DNA of 64,000 nt, from the IMG/VR virus record IMGVR_UViG_3300035703_000041, positions 31,225 to 95,224 of that record. The stretch is one strand, 5' to 3'. A program made the position numbers and the translations under genes. Shown here piece after piece: positions 37,783-46,560 of this stretch. Numbering within the stretch: the stretch's first letter is position 1; each line of letters starts with the position of its first letter. This DNA is from a virus. The notes under the pieces were generated by a model. It worked only from the letters and a program-made list of their open reading frames with translations. It ran no database searches and had not been told where the DNA came from.

Positions 37783-38194
37783 GCTGCTAGCGGCTGCGCT
37801 GTTTACATTTGCGTTTATTGCTCCTGCCCAAGCAGGTTGGGTAGCCGTAACTGTAGACATTAGCGAACAAAAGATGATTGTACAAACAGAAGATGGAAGC
37901 AAAGAAGTCTATCCTGTTAGTACAGCAGCAGGTCGTAAGGTAACCCCAACTGGAGAGTTCCAACCATACCTTATGCGTAGGATGCATTATTCAAGTCGTT
38001 ACAATAATGCGCCAATGCCGTTTAGTATTTTCTACAGCGGCAACTATGCAATCCATGGAACTGAGCATATTAAAAAGCTTGGGCGACCAGCAAGTAAGGG
38101 CTGTGTGAGATTGCATCCAGAACATGCAGAACGATTGTTTAGCATGGTAAAAGCAGTAGGTATGGATAATACCTACATTAGGATCGTACCCTGA
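37769..38194 (+). CDS. L,D-transpeptidase (YkuD family) with signal peptide
   Basis: YAIHGT...LGRPASKGCVRL catalytic motif; signal peptide ending AQA; start moved to 37769 (AAGGA SD). Confidence 0.9.
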   Translation: MLWNKLLAAALFTFAFIAPAQAGWVAVTVDISEQKMIVQTEDGSKEVYPVSTAAGRKVTPTGEFQPYLMRRMHYSSRYNNAPMPFSIFYSGNYAIHGTEHIKKLGRPASKGCVRLHPEHAERLFSMVKAVGMDNTYIRIVP

Positions 38195-38466
38195 ACGAAA
38201 TAGAATACATTATTGAAGAAACTCCAGTCGAGGCCAATTGGTTTCGGCTGGAGTTGCCATTTAAACGTGCAGAAGGTCTATACAAATGGCGCCAAGGAAA
38301 TGATAGGCTACACAAAATTAAAGAATTTATGACTAATGAAGGTTATCGCATTAATATAGATTTCAAGATAGAACCCATGTATTATTACGACAGTATTGTA
38401 ATATTTCTCTCCCCAAGGATTGAGAAGTATGCAAGTATGATAATTTTAAAATGGGATCCTAAATGA
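38191..38466 (+). CDS. hypothetical protein of the short LRW/LKW-ending family; probable CTG start
   Basis: Open frame extends back to CTG at 38191, which overlaps the upstream TGA and has AGGA 7 nt upstream; ends ASMIILKWDPK. Confidence 0.55.
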   Translation: MNEIEYIIEETPVEANWFRLELPFKRAEGLYKWRQGNDRLHKIKEFMTNEGYRINIDFKIEPMYYYDSIVIFLSPRIEKYASMIILKWDPK

Positions 38467-39506
38467 GCAAAGTATATATCGTAGACATTGAAGCAGTAGA
38501 CACACGTTACACTAAGCAATGGAAAGAACACTTACCTAAACAAATGCGTGAAGCAGGGTTGGATGTTGTAAAAATATCTGGTGGTGATGTGCCAATGGCA
38601 ACTACCCCAGGTGCGTTTTTAAACTTTGCTGGTACTAACAACTACAAAGCACAGCAAATGATTGAAATTAGCCGTGAGTTTGCATTTGGCAATATCAAAG
38701 ACGGCGATTATTTTCTTTACACAGATGCATGGAACCCAACTGTAATACAGCTTAAGTATATGGCTGAACTGCTTGGTGTTAAGATCCGCATTGGTGGTAT
38801 GTGGCATGCCGGTAGTTATGATCCACATGATTTCCTAGGACGACTAATTGGCAATAAGCCATGGGTGCGTAGTGCTGAAAGCAGCATGAAATCTTGTTAT
38901 GATGACAATTTCTTTGCTACACAGTTTCACGTTGATTTATTTAATACTGCATTTACATTAGACGACAGTGTTAAGATTGTTGGTTGGCCAATGGAATATC
39001 TAGTTCCACTTTTAACGCCATATAGCAACCTAGTAAAGAAGAACAAGATTATCTTCCCGCACAGACTTGCACCAGAGAAGCAATTAGACATCTTTAAGGA
39101 TCTTGCTGCAAGTATGCCAGAATATGAATGGTTTATTGCACAGGAGCATGAACTAACGAAGGACGAATATCACAAGCACATGGCTGAGAGTAAGGTCATG
39201 TTTAGTGCTAACTTGCAAGAGACACTTGGTATTAGCGCATACGAAGCTGCACTAGTTGGTACATATCCAATGGTACCAAAACGTCTTAGCTATACTGAGA
39301 TGTGGGATGAAACATATCCAGAACGTTGGGTTACAAGCTTTAAAGCATACCAAGACAACAAAGGTTATTTAATGCAGTTCATTCGTAATACAATGGAACG
39401 CAATGATTTGTATGAGGTATCAAAAGATATGGCTGCTAAGGCTAATAAACAGTTCTTTAGTGGTGCAGCATTATACTCGACTATTAAACAATACATGGTC
39501 GCCTAA
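38463..39506 (+). CDS. GT-B fold (GT4-like) glycosyltransferase
   Basis: FPHRLAPEKQ and QETLGISAYEA (E-x7-E) motifs. Confidence 0.85.
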   Translation: MSKVYIVDIEAVDTRYTKQWKEHLPKQMREAGLDVVKISGGDVPMATTPGAFLNFAGTNNYKAQQMIEISREFAFGNIKDGDYFLYTDAWNPTVIQLKYMAELLGVKIRIGGMWHAGSYDPHDFLGRLIGNKPWVRSAESSMKSCYDDNFFATQFHVDLFNTAFTLDDSVKIVGWPMEYLVPLLTPYSNLVKKNKIIFPHRLAPEKQLDIFKDLAASMPEYEWFIAQEHELTKDEYHKHMAESKVMFSANLQETLGISAYEAALVGTYPMVPKRLSYTEMWDETYPERWVTSFKAYQDNKGYLMQFIRNTMERNDLYEVSKDMAAKANKQFFSGAALYSTIKQYMVA

Positions 39507-39556
39507 ATATTGCTTATAGTTGCAACAAACTATATTATACACATTAGGAGTTAACA

Positions 39557-40231
39557 ATGAAAGTTTCAGAACAGATTCGCCAACGAATATTGAATGCTGG
39601 CGCAAAGTTTCACAGCAATGACAACATTGCAGATTTTATCAATGAAGGCGAACTTGATCAACTTGTAGATGAAGTTGCCTTAGAGTTTCAAGATGTATTA
39701 CAGTCGCTTGTAATTGATACAGATCATGATCATAATACACAAGACACTGCAAGGCGTGTAGCCAAGATGTTTGTCTTAGAAACATTTAATGGTCGCTATC
39801 GCCCAGTACCAAAAGTAACAGCATTCCCTAACATGGGTTACAAGAGTTTATATACTACAGGTCCTATTTCTATTCGCAGCACATGCGCTCATCACTTTCA
39901 AAACATTGTTGGACGTTGCTGGGTTGGTATTGTCCCAGAAGATGAAGTAATTGGATTAAGCAAGTTCAATAGGCTTGTGCATCATATTTGCGAACGTCCT
40001 CAGATTCAAGAGGAAATGACTACGCAAATTGCAGAGGCGTTAAAGAAGTATGCAAAGACAGAAAACATTGCAGTGCTGGTTAAAGCAGAACATCACTGCA
40101 TGACAATGCGTGGTGTGCGCGAACATGAAAGCGATATGACTACGGCTATTATGCTTGGTGCGTTTGATACACATGCCCCACTTAAGAAAGAATTTTATGA
40201 CATCTGCTTAAGCATGAAAGGTCATGGTTAA
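39557..40231 (+). CDS. folE: GTP cyclohydrolase I
   Basis: DTARRVAKM, STCAHH, IGLSKFNR, PQIQE, AEHHCMTMRGV. Confidence 0.96.
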   Translation: MKVSEQIRQRILNAGAKFHSNDNIADFINEGELDQLVDEVALEFQDVLQSLVIDTDHDHNTQDTARRVAKMFVLETFNGRYRPVPKVTAFPNMGYKSLYTTGPISIRSTCAHHFQNIVGRCWVGIVPEDEVIGLSKFNRLVHHICERPQIQEEMTTQIAEALKKYAKTENIAVLVKAEHHCMTMRGVREHESDMTTAIMLGAFDTHAPLKKEFYDICLSMKGHG

Positions 40232-40581
40232 TGGCAACAAACGTACCAAATATTACAGTATCAGGTACAGGCGCTGTTGGAGCATCATCTGGATTATACC
40301 TAACTGGTACAGGGGGTGGTGGAGTTCAATTTATAAATGCTGCTAGTACATATACAACATATGCGAACGCTGTACCTTCTTTTTCAAATGACATCATAAT
40401 ACATAGAGATGGTAAACCTAATATCAAAGTAGCAGAAACATTAGAAATGCTGATGGATAGACTTTGCATTATACTGCCAGCAATGGAGTTAATTGAGAAA
40501 TATCCTGCATTACGAGATGCATACGAAAATTACAAACTTATTGAAGCAATGGTAAAGAACGGAAATGAAGATAATGAATAG
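40231..40581 (+). CDS. hypothetical protein
   Basis: Low-complexity N-terminus; KYPALRDAYENY motif. Confidence 0.7.
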   Translation: MATNVPNITVSGTGAVGASSGLYLTGTGGGGVQFINAASTYTTYANAVPSFSNDIIIHRDGKPNIKVAETLEMLMDRLCIILPAMELIEKYPALRDAYENYKLIEAMVKNGNEDNE

Positions 40582-40945
40582 AAGTAGAAAAAAATCATAC
40601 GGTTCATCGCCTGGTGTTTATATTGATTATGATGACGCACCTAAAAGAAAAAATCGTCGATCATTAAAACAATGGTTGCGTGATTATTTAAAGGAAGAAC
40701 CTGAAAAGGTATACCCAGCAGAAGCAATACCACAATCACACGTTTCATTTGCTAAAAGTTTTGAAGGTTGGAATATTAGATTGCATCGTGCTAATGGCGG
40801 TCACATTGTTGAGGCATGGAAAAATGAAGATGGCCCAATGTCTTCAAACTATAAACCTCCACATGAATTGTTTATGGTACAAGACAGCGAAGACATGGGC
40901 GAAAGATTAAATAGCATTTTAGTTCAACTAATGCTACGAGGTTAA
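40574..40945 (+). CDS. hypothetical protein
   Basis: ORF in operon; RLHRANGGHIVE. Confidence 0.7.
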   Translation: MNRSRKKSYGSSPGVYIDYDDAPKRKNRRSLKQWLRDYLKEEPEKVYPAEAIPQSHVSFAKSFEGWNIRLHRANGGHIVEAWKNEDGPMSSNYKPPHELFMVQDSEDMGERLNSILVQLMLRG

Positions 40946-40946
40946 C

Positions 40947-41237
40947 ATGGAACCAGATGAAAATAAAGTAACTTGGACTGTCGTTGCAGATCAAACTGAG
41001 GACGAAGTTTTTTACGATTATGATTCTAGCGATTTTAAAATTACTTTTGCAAACATAGATATTAATTATGATAATGACAGCACTTATGGTGTAGTGCCGG
41101 AAGAAAATAATCCTTTACTATATACAAGCTATGAGCAACGGGAGCAACATGATAAATATCCAGCGTTGAAAAAAGCGTGGGAAGATTATGTTAAAATGTT
41201 TAATCTAACTAAAGGAGAACCTCCAGTTGTCGACTAA
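40947..41237 (+). CDS. acidic hypothetical protein
   Basis: GAGG SD; KYPALKKAWEDY motif. Confidence 0.7.
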   Translation: MEPDENKVTWTVVADQTEDEVFYDYDSSDFKITFANIDINYDNDSTYGVVPEENNPLLYTSYEQREQHDKYPALKKAWEDYVKMFNLTKGEPPVVD

Positions 41238-41436
41238 TGATTTTGAAAATAGATATAAGGATTGGCATCAAAAAATCAGTTTCTTAAAAAGTGGCATTCG
41301 TATTGCTGCTTGTCTAGGAACCATTATAATTTTAATGTTGTATGGAGTTCATGACATCATATCAATTTCAGTACTGTTACTATCTATTGGACTATTGTTA
41401 GCTGAAATTCTTGGAATTTTTGAGGAATGGATTTAA
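41227..41436 (+). CDS. small membrane protein
   Basis: Two hydrophobic segments; AAGGAG SD. Confidence 0.7.
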   Translation: MSTNDFENRYKDWHQKISFLKSGIRIAACLGTIIILMLYGVHDIISISVLLLSIGLLLAEILGIFEEWI

Positions 41437-41789
41437 GCAATAAAATTCGCTATATTTCTCATTTCGATGAATTAACATGGCGACCACATTTACTTGAACG
41501 CCCATTTAATGAAATAAAAGTTCCGTATATGGGTCGCCCATCTTTTGTTACTTGGATAAACACAAATGTAGAATCATATGTATACATTTGGTCTGGTGTA
41601 ATTACCCCTGAGCCTAACGAGAGCAATTGGGGTAGATTAATTGCGCCAGACAAAGAAACTACATTTTTAATTTTTAATAATGAAGGTGATCAAACACGTT
41701 ATACATTAGAGTTTGTAGGTAGTGATAATACTATACATGTCAAAATTCACAAAAACGGATTGGATGCTTATCACAGCAGAAGAAAATAA
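41427..41789 (+). CDS. hypothetical protein
   Basis: ORF overlapping the upstream stop. Confidence 0.65.
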   Translation: MDLSNKIRYISHFDELTWRPHLLERPFNEIKVPYMGRPSFVTWINTNVESYVYIWSGVITPEPNESNWGRLIAPDKETTFLIFNNEGDQTRYTLEFVGSDNTIHVKIHKNGLDAYHSRRK

Positions 41790-41831
41790 ATATTGTTGCT
41801 AATGCAACGTTAGCTTATAATCATAGCTATA

Positions 41832-41883
41832 AGAGGTCTTAACACTCACCCCTCTCAAAGAATTCTGCGTGTTAAACAGAAAG
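41832..41883 (+). ncRNA. candidate preQ1-I-like riboswitch variant in the queD leader
   Basis: AGAGG/CCTCT stem, loop ending CAC(C), A-rich tail; TTAACAC (41839-45) complementary to GTGTTAA (41869-75); TATAAT at 41816. Confidence 0.55.
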
Positions 41884-41890
41884 ATTTATT

Positions 41891-42391
41891 ATGGCGAATA
41901 TACCTGTAACTTACAAATATACATCTACAAAAGAATATCACGATGCATTCCCATGTGCATATAGACAATGGCGTGCAGACAGTCATTGCAACATGATCCA
42001 TGGATACAGCTTCTCTATGAAGTTTTACTTTGGCACTAACGATCTCGATGTACGCAATTGGGCAGCAGATTATGGTGGTTTAAAAGAACTTAAGAAGGTA
42101 TTAGAAGATCAGTTTGATCACACGTTACTTGTTGCAGAAGATGATCCAGAGATGGAAACATTTAAGATGCTGCAAGACAAGAAACTTGCAAAGCTAACTA
42201 TACTTCCCAAATTAGGATGTGAAGGTTTAGCTGATATGCTTTACAAATATGTAAATGGTGTATATATTCCTGATATGTGGGGACCAAGCGAAGCTGCAAG
42301 GCTTTGGTGTTATAGAGTTGAAGTGCGTGAAACACAAGCTAACATGGCATTTAGAGAAGGTCACCGAGAGTGGAATGAGGAACTGTTTTGA
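41891..42391 (+). CDS. queD: 6-carboxy-5,6,7,8-tetrahydropterin synthase
   Basis: HCNMIHGY (CxxxHG), DYGGLK, FDHTLL, GCEGLA, VRET. Confidence 0.9.
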   Translation: MANIPVTYKYTSTKEYHDAFPCAYRQWRADSHCNMIHGYSFSMKFYFGTNDLDVRNWAADYGGLKELKKVLEDQFDHTLLVAEDDPEMETFKMLQDKKLAKLTILPKLGCEGLADMLYKYVNGVYIPDMWGPSEAARLWCYRVEVRETQANMAFREGHREWNEELF

Positions 42392-42564
42392 AAACAGCAA
42401 CTGGTGTAGCACTAATTATTATAGCCACAATCACATTATTCTATTTCATTGTTAGTAAGGAAATGGAATTTATTGATCGTTGTGAAAAGGCTGGTGGTGC
42501 ACCAGTAGTTGGAAAAGGCATACAAGCTTGTTTAAAACGAGACATGGTGGTACCAGTACAATGA
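42388..42564 (+). CDS. small membrane-anchored protein (58 aa, not in ORF track)
   Basis: TTG start overlapping the queD stop with GAGGA SD; N-terminal TM helix; CEKAGG...C. Confidence 0.6.
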   Translation: MKTATGVALIIIATITLFYFIVSKEMEFIDRCEKAGGAPVVGKGIQACLKRDMVVPVQ

Positions 42565-42752
42565 CACAGTATCCAAAAGATCTAGGTAACAATCGTTGGA
42601 TTGTTGAAGTAAGAACGCAGGGCGGGAGCGATGAACTATACATTGAACTCCCGCCCCGTGCGCTAAACCAAATGGGATGGGACGTTGGTGACATTATTCT
42701 CTGGGAAGAACAAGAAAATGGTTCTTACATAATAAGGAAAAAAGATGAGTGA
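42561..42752 (+). CDS. AbrB/MazE-like swapped-hairpin DNA-binding protein
   Basis: LYIELP...LNQMGWDVGDIILW...GSYIIRK. Confidence 0.65.
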   Translation: MTQYPKDLGNNRWIVEVRTQGGSDELYIELPPRALNQMGWDVGDIILWEEQENGSYIIRKKDE

Positions 42753-42945
42753 ACAACTTACATTATACTTTGTTGGACTTAGAGATAAGAATCATAGAGT
42801 AACAATTCAATCTGCTGCTGCGATGACGTATGATGAAGCAATTGAGAAAGTTCTTGCAGCGCCAATAATGGAAAACATAGTAGCATATACTAGAATGTCA
42901 AACGCAGATGAATTAGTATGGATAGATATAGATGAACAAAATTAA
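42745..42945 (+). CDS. hypothetical protein
   Basis: ORF in operon with AAGGA SD. Confidence 0.6.
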   Translation: MSEQLTLYFVGLRDKNHRVTIQSAAAMTYDEAIEKVLAAPIMENIVAYTRMSNADELVWIDIDEQN

Positions 42946-43780
42946 AATTAGTGAAATTTTTTACAGCCTACAAGGTGAAGGACAATATGTTGGTGTACCT
43001 TCCATCTTTATGCGAACGTTTGGATGTAACTTTACTTGCAGTGGATTTGGTATGCCTGCAGGAGAACTTAGCACAGAAAGGGATAATGTAGATGCTAAAT
43101 CGTTTATTGACTACCGTGACTTACCATTGGTATCGACTGGTTGTGATAGCTATGCTAGTTGGGATCCTCGCTTTAAGCATCTTTCACCACTACTCGATAT
43201 AAGCGCAATTATTGAACGTTTTAAAGACCTATTACCAGATGGTAAGTTTGGACGCGACAAACACTTAATCATTACAGGTGGTGAACCATTACTTGGATGG
43301 CAACGTAGCTATCCAGAGCTACTTAAAGAATGCATGAAGATGGGGCTTACACATCTTACATTTGAAACAAATGGCACACAACCTATATCAGATGAACTTT
43401 GGGGTTTTCTAAATAGTCAATCAGTATGGCCTGGACTTGAAGTAACATTCTCTATCTCAGCTAAACTACCATGCAGTGGTGAAAAGTGGGAAGAAGCAAT
43501 ACGCCCTGATGTTGTTAAGGGTTACGTAAACATTAAGGATCATCGTAGTTACTTTAAATTTGTTGTAAGCACACAACAAGACGTTGAAGATGCAATGCGA
43601 GCTAAAGCAGAATATGAAGCTGCTGGCATTAAAATTCCAGTATATCTAATGCCTGTTGGCGGTGTTAATAGCGTATATGAATTAAACGAAAGACAAGTAG
43701 CAGATTTTTGCAGGGATAATGGTTTACGTTTTAGCCCACGTATTCAAGTACCTTTATGGAAAAACCAGTGGGGTACCTAA
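42932..43780 (+). CDS. queE: 7-carboxy-7-deazaguanine synthase (radical SAM)
   Basis: EIFYSLQGEG, RTFGCNFTC...CDS (expanded cysteine motif), ITGGEP, FETNGT. Confidence 0.93.
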   Translation: MNKIKISEIFYSLQGEGQYVGVPSIFMRTFGCNFTCSGFGMPAGELSTERDNVDAKSFIDYRDLPLVSTGCDSYASWDPRFKHLSPLLDISAIIERFKDLLPDGKFGRDKHLIITGGEPLLGWQRSYPELLKECMKMGLTHLTFETNGTQPISDELWGFLNSQSVWPGLEVTFSISAKLPCSGEKWEEAIRPDVVKGYVNIKDHRSYFKFVVSTQQDVEDAMRAKAEYEAAGIKIPVYLMPVGGVNSVYELNERQVADFCRDNGLRFSPRIQVPLWKNQWGT

Positions 43781-43783
43781 AAA

Positions 43784-43838
43784 ATTACCCCAAGTATTTT
43801 AGTTAAAATGCTAAATAAACTATAATGCTTGGGGTAAT
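43784..43838 (+). promoter_or_regulatory. long hairpin sequestering the endonuclease RBS, with a late promoter in its loop
   Basis: ATTACCCCAAGTATT pairs with AATGCTTGGGGTAAT; TAAATA at 43812. Confidence 0.7.
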
Positions 43839-43841
43839 AGA

Positions 43842-44597
43842 ATGACAAATCCAAAAAATAAAAAAACACATGAAGAATTTGAAAAAGAGCTAAAAAATAA
43901 ACACCCAACAATAATGCTATTAGAAAATTATATAAACACCGACACTAAACTTAGATATAAATGTGATCACGGAGAGAACTCTGCTCGTCCTTGGCAACTG
44001 CTTACAATGAAGCATTGTTGTAGGAAAGGATATTATTCTTCAGGTGTTATGTGGGATAAACGCACGTTGACTTTAGAGCAAGTTAAAGAAAAAGCGTTAA
44101 AAACTCGAAAAAACATTGATGTAAGTGAATGTTATATTGAAACAGAAAAATATAAAAAAATACTGAATATTAAATGTACCGTGCATAACGTTTATTATTC
44201 AAGTTATGTAAAAGGTAAAATTGGACTTTGTCCAAAATGTAATGAAGAAAGAAATTTAGCACAATTAGCAGTAGCTATGCCGTTAGCTTGGGCAAGTCAA
44301 AAAAATGGTAGTTTTGTCTCTAAAAAAGAAACAAAATGGTTAGATTCTCTTGGAATAGAAAACAGACAAGTCTGGTTAGAAGATGTAAAATATAAAGTAG
44401 ATGGATACGACCCAAATACTAATACTGTATATCTATATCATGGAAAATTTTGGCATGGTTGTCCTGAAACATTTGATCCTGAAATGATACATCCAGTTGT
44501 AAAAATTCCAATGAAAGATTTGTATCAAAAAACTTTATTTTATGAGAGAAAGATTAAAAGTGCAGGATACAACTTAATAATAAAATGGGAAGAATAA
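43842..44597 (+). CDS. free-standing putative homing endonuclease (Zn-finger repeats plus Vsr/DUF559-like PD-(D/E)xK domain)
   Basis: KC.H and CPKC; KVDGYD...YLYHGKFWHG...GYNLIIKWE; AT-rich. Confidence 0.75.
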   Translation: MTNPKNKKTHEEFEKELKNKHPTIMLLENYINTDTKLRYKCDHGENSARPWQLLTMKHCCRKGYYSSGVMWDKRTLTLEQVKEKALKTRKNIDVSECYIETEKYKKILNIKCTVHNVYYSSYVKGKIGLCPKCNEERNLAQLAVAMPLAWASQKNGSFVSKKETKWLDSLGIENRQVWLEDVKYKVDGYDPNTNTVYLYHGKFWHGCPETFDPEMIHPVVKIPMKDLYQKTLFYERKIKSAGYNLIIKWEE

Positions 44598-44598
44598 T

Positions 44599-45015
44599 AT
44601 GTCATTGTGGAATAAATTTTTAGAAGCACTTGCGCCGCCTGAGGCTCAATTAAAGTTTAAGCAGGAAAGTAAATCAAAGAAACCACGCAAACCTAAAGTA
44701 ACTAAAACTCCAAAAGAGATTGCTAACGAAAAAGGTGAACCATATATTTCTGTAGTTTCAGTTGATTTAGACAAAGCAAATGTTGGCAACGGTTCTTTTG
44801 AACTTGATTGGAACGACACATTTATTAAGCAACTACGTGCCGCTGGTTATCCTGGTAAAACAGATGAAGATGTAGTTGACATGTGGTTTAGAAGTGTATG
44901 TCGTAATGTATTAGCAGAAGCTTATGAACAAGAAGTTGCTCAAAAATCTCCACCAGATAATGTACGATACATTAATCGTAAAACTGGGGACGATGGTAAA
45001 ACAGAAGTTTCATGA
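44599..45015 (+). CDS. hypothetical protein
   Basis: GSFELDWN...VVDMWF. Confidence 0.75.
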   Translation: MSLWNKFLEALAPPEAQLKFKQESKSKKPRKPKVTKTPKEIANEKGEPYISVVSVDLDKANVGNGSFELDWNDTFIKQLRAAGYPGKTDEDVVDMWFRSVCRNVLAEAYEQEVAQKSPPDNVRYINRKTGDDGKTEVS

Positions 45016-45542
45016 TCCTCTACGTAAATGGCGAAAGTTTTAGTGCTGGTGCTAAAGCAGTAAATGATTTTTCATTTGCTAATGATGACTTTAGATATGT
45101 AGCATTAGGAAATAAACCACACCCAGATAATTTAAAAGTAAGTTATGGCATGCATTTATCTAAAATGCTTGCGCTTGCACTGGTGTGTAACGCAGAAAGC
45201 AATGCTACAAATGAACAAATACTGCTTACTACCTATGAGTATTTAGAATCTATTTCTCCAAAACAAAAAACACTTATTGTAATTGGATGGTCAGCAATTA
45301 ATAAAAAAACGTTAGAAGATCACAATAACATTTATCAATTGCACCAATACTTATCAAACAATAGTGTGCCACATTTATTTTTTAACGCAACTGATCCATT
45401 TACTTTGGTTCCTCAAAAACTACACAAGAATTGGGGTGTGAACTTTGTTCATCCATATATTAAAAGCGCAAACGGACATACCCATTTAAATTGGGCACAA
45501 TACTTGTTTAACTGGTTGACTACAAATAACATTAGTGTATAG
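45012..45542 (+). CDS. SGNH-hydrolase-like hypothetical protein
   Basis: LYVNGESFSAG, IVIGWS, C-terminal GH...WA. Confidence 0.5.
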   Translation: MILYVNGESFSAGAKAVNDFSFANDDFRYVALGNKPHPDNLKVSYGMHLSKMLALALVCNAESNATNEQILLTTYEYLESISPKQKTLIVIGWSAINKKTLEDHNNIYQLHQYLSNNSVPHLFFNATDPFTLVPQKLHKNWGVNFVHPYIKSANGHTHLNWAQYLFNWLTTNNISV

Positions 45543-45549
45543 TGAACGT

Positions 45550-46560
45550 ATGAAATACTTACTCGTAGATGCATCAAACACATTCTTCCGTGCTCGACAT
45601 GTTGCGGCACGTGGAACTGATCAATGGACCAAACTTGGTTATGCTATTCACCTTACGCTAGGTAGTATACATAAAGCCCAACGTGATTTAGGCGGTGACC
45701 ATGTTGTTATTTGTTTAGAAGGACGCAGTTGGCGCAAAGATTTCTATCCGCCATACAAGCGCAATCGCAGTGCTGCTCGTGAAACTATGACAGCGGAGGA
45801 AAGCGAAGAAGATAAGCTTTTCTACGAAACATACGATGAAATGAACAAGTTCTTCCGTGAGAAGACTGCTTGTACTGTACTACGCCATCCACAAGGTGAA
45901 GCAGATGATATGATTGCGCGTTGGATTGCACTGCATCCCGACGACGAACATATTATTATTTCCAGCGACAGCGACTTTCATCAACTTATTAGCGAACGTG
46001 TTACACAGTTTAATGGTGTAACTGGGGAATGGACTAACCTGCACGGTGTGTTTAACGATAAGATGAAACCAGTTAAGGATAAAAAGACTGGTGAACAAAA
46101 GACTATTGGTGATCCAAAGTTTGTGCTATTTGAGAAGTGTATGCGTGGTGACCCAACTGACAACGTGTTTAGTGCGTATCCAGGCGTGCGTGTAAAAGGT
46201 ACTAAGAATAAAGTTGGACTTACTGAGGCTTTTGCTGACATGGGTAAGAAAGGTTACGCATGGAACAATATGATGTTGCAGCGTTGGACTGATCACGACA
46301 ATATTGAACACCGTGTTCTTGACGATTACGAACGCAACGTAAAACTAATTGATCTTACTGCACAACCAGATGACGTTAAGTCACTGTTTGATGCTGAGAT
46401 CAAACATCTTGTTAACGTTGATGTACCAAACCAAATTGGCACACAACTACTCAAGTTTTGCGGCAAGTATGATCTAGTTAAAATTGCTGAACAAGCAAGT
46501 TCATATAGTGAATGGATGAAGAAAGAATATCGCGGAGCATTGCTAAATGTTAAAAGCTAA
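45550..46560 (+). CDS. rnh: RNase H / 5'-3' exonuclease (T4 Rnh-like)
   Basis: LLVDASN, SWRK..YPPYK.NR, EADD, SSDSDF.QL, GDPTDNV; TTGACT-16-TATAGT promoter with ATG 6 nt downstream. Confidence 0.9.
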   Translation: MKYLLVDASNTFFRARHVAARGTDQWTKLGYAIHLTLGSIHKAQRDLGGDHVVICLEGRSWRKDFYPPYKRNRSAARETMTAEESEEDKLFYETYDEMNKFFREKTACTVLRHPQGEADDMIARWIALHPDDEHIIISSDSDFHQLISERVTQFNGVTGEWTNLHGVFNDKMKPVKDKKTGEQKTIGDPKFVLFEKCMRGDPTDNVFSAYPGVRVKGTKNKVGLTEAFADMGKKGYAWNNMMLQRWTDHDNIEHRVLDDYERNVKLIDLTAQPDDVKSLFDAEIKHLVNVDVPNQIGTQLLKFCGKYDLVKIAEQASSYSEWMKKEYRGALLNVKS

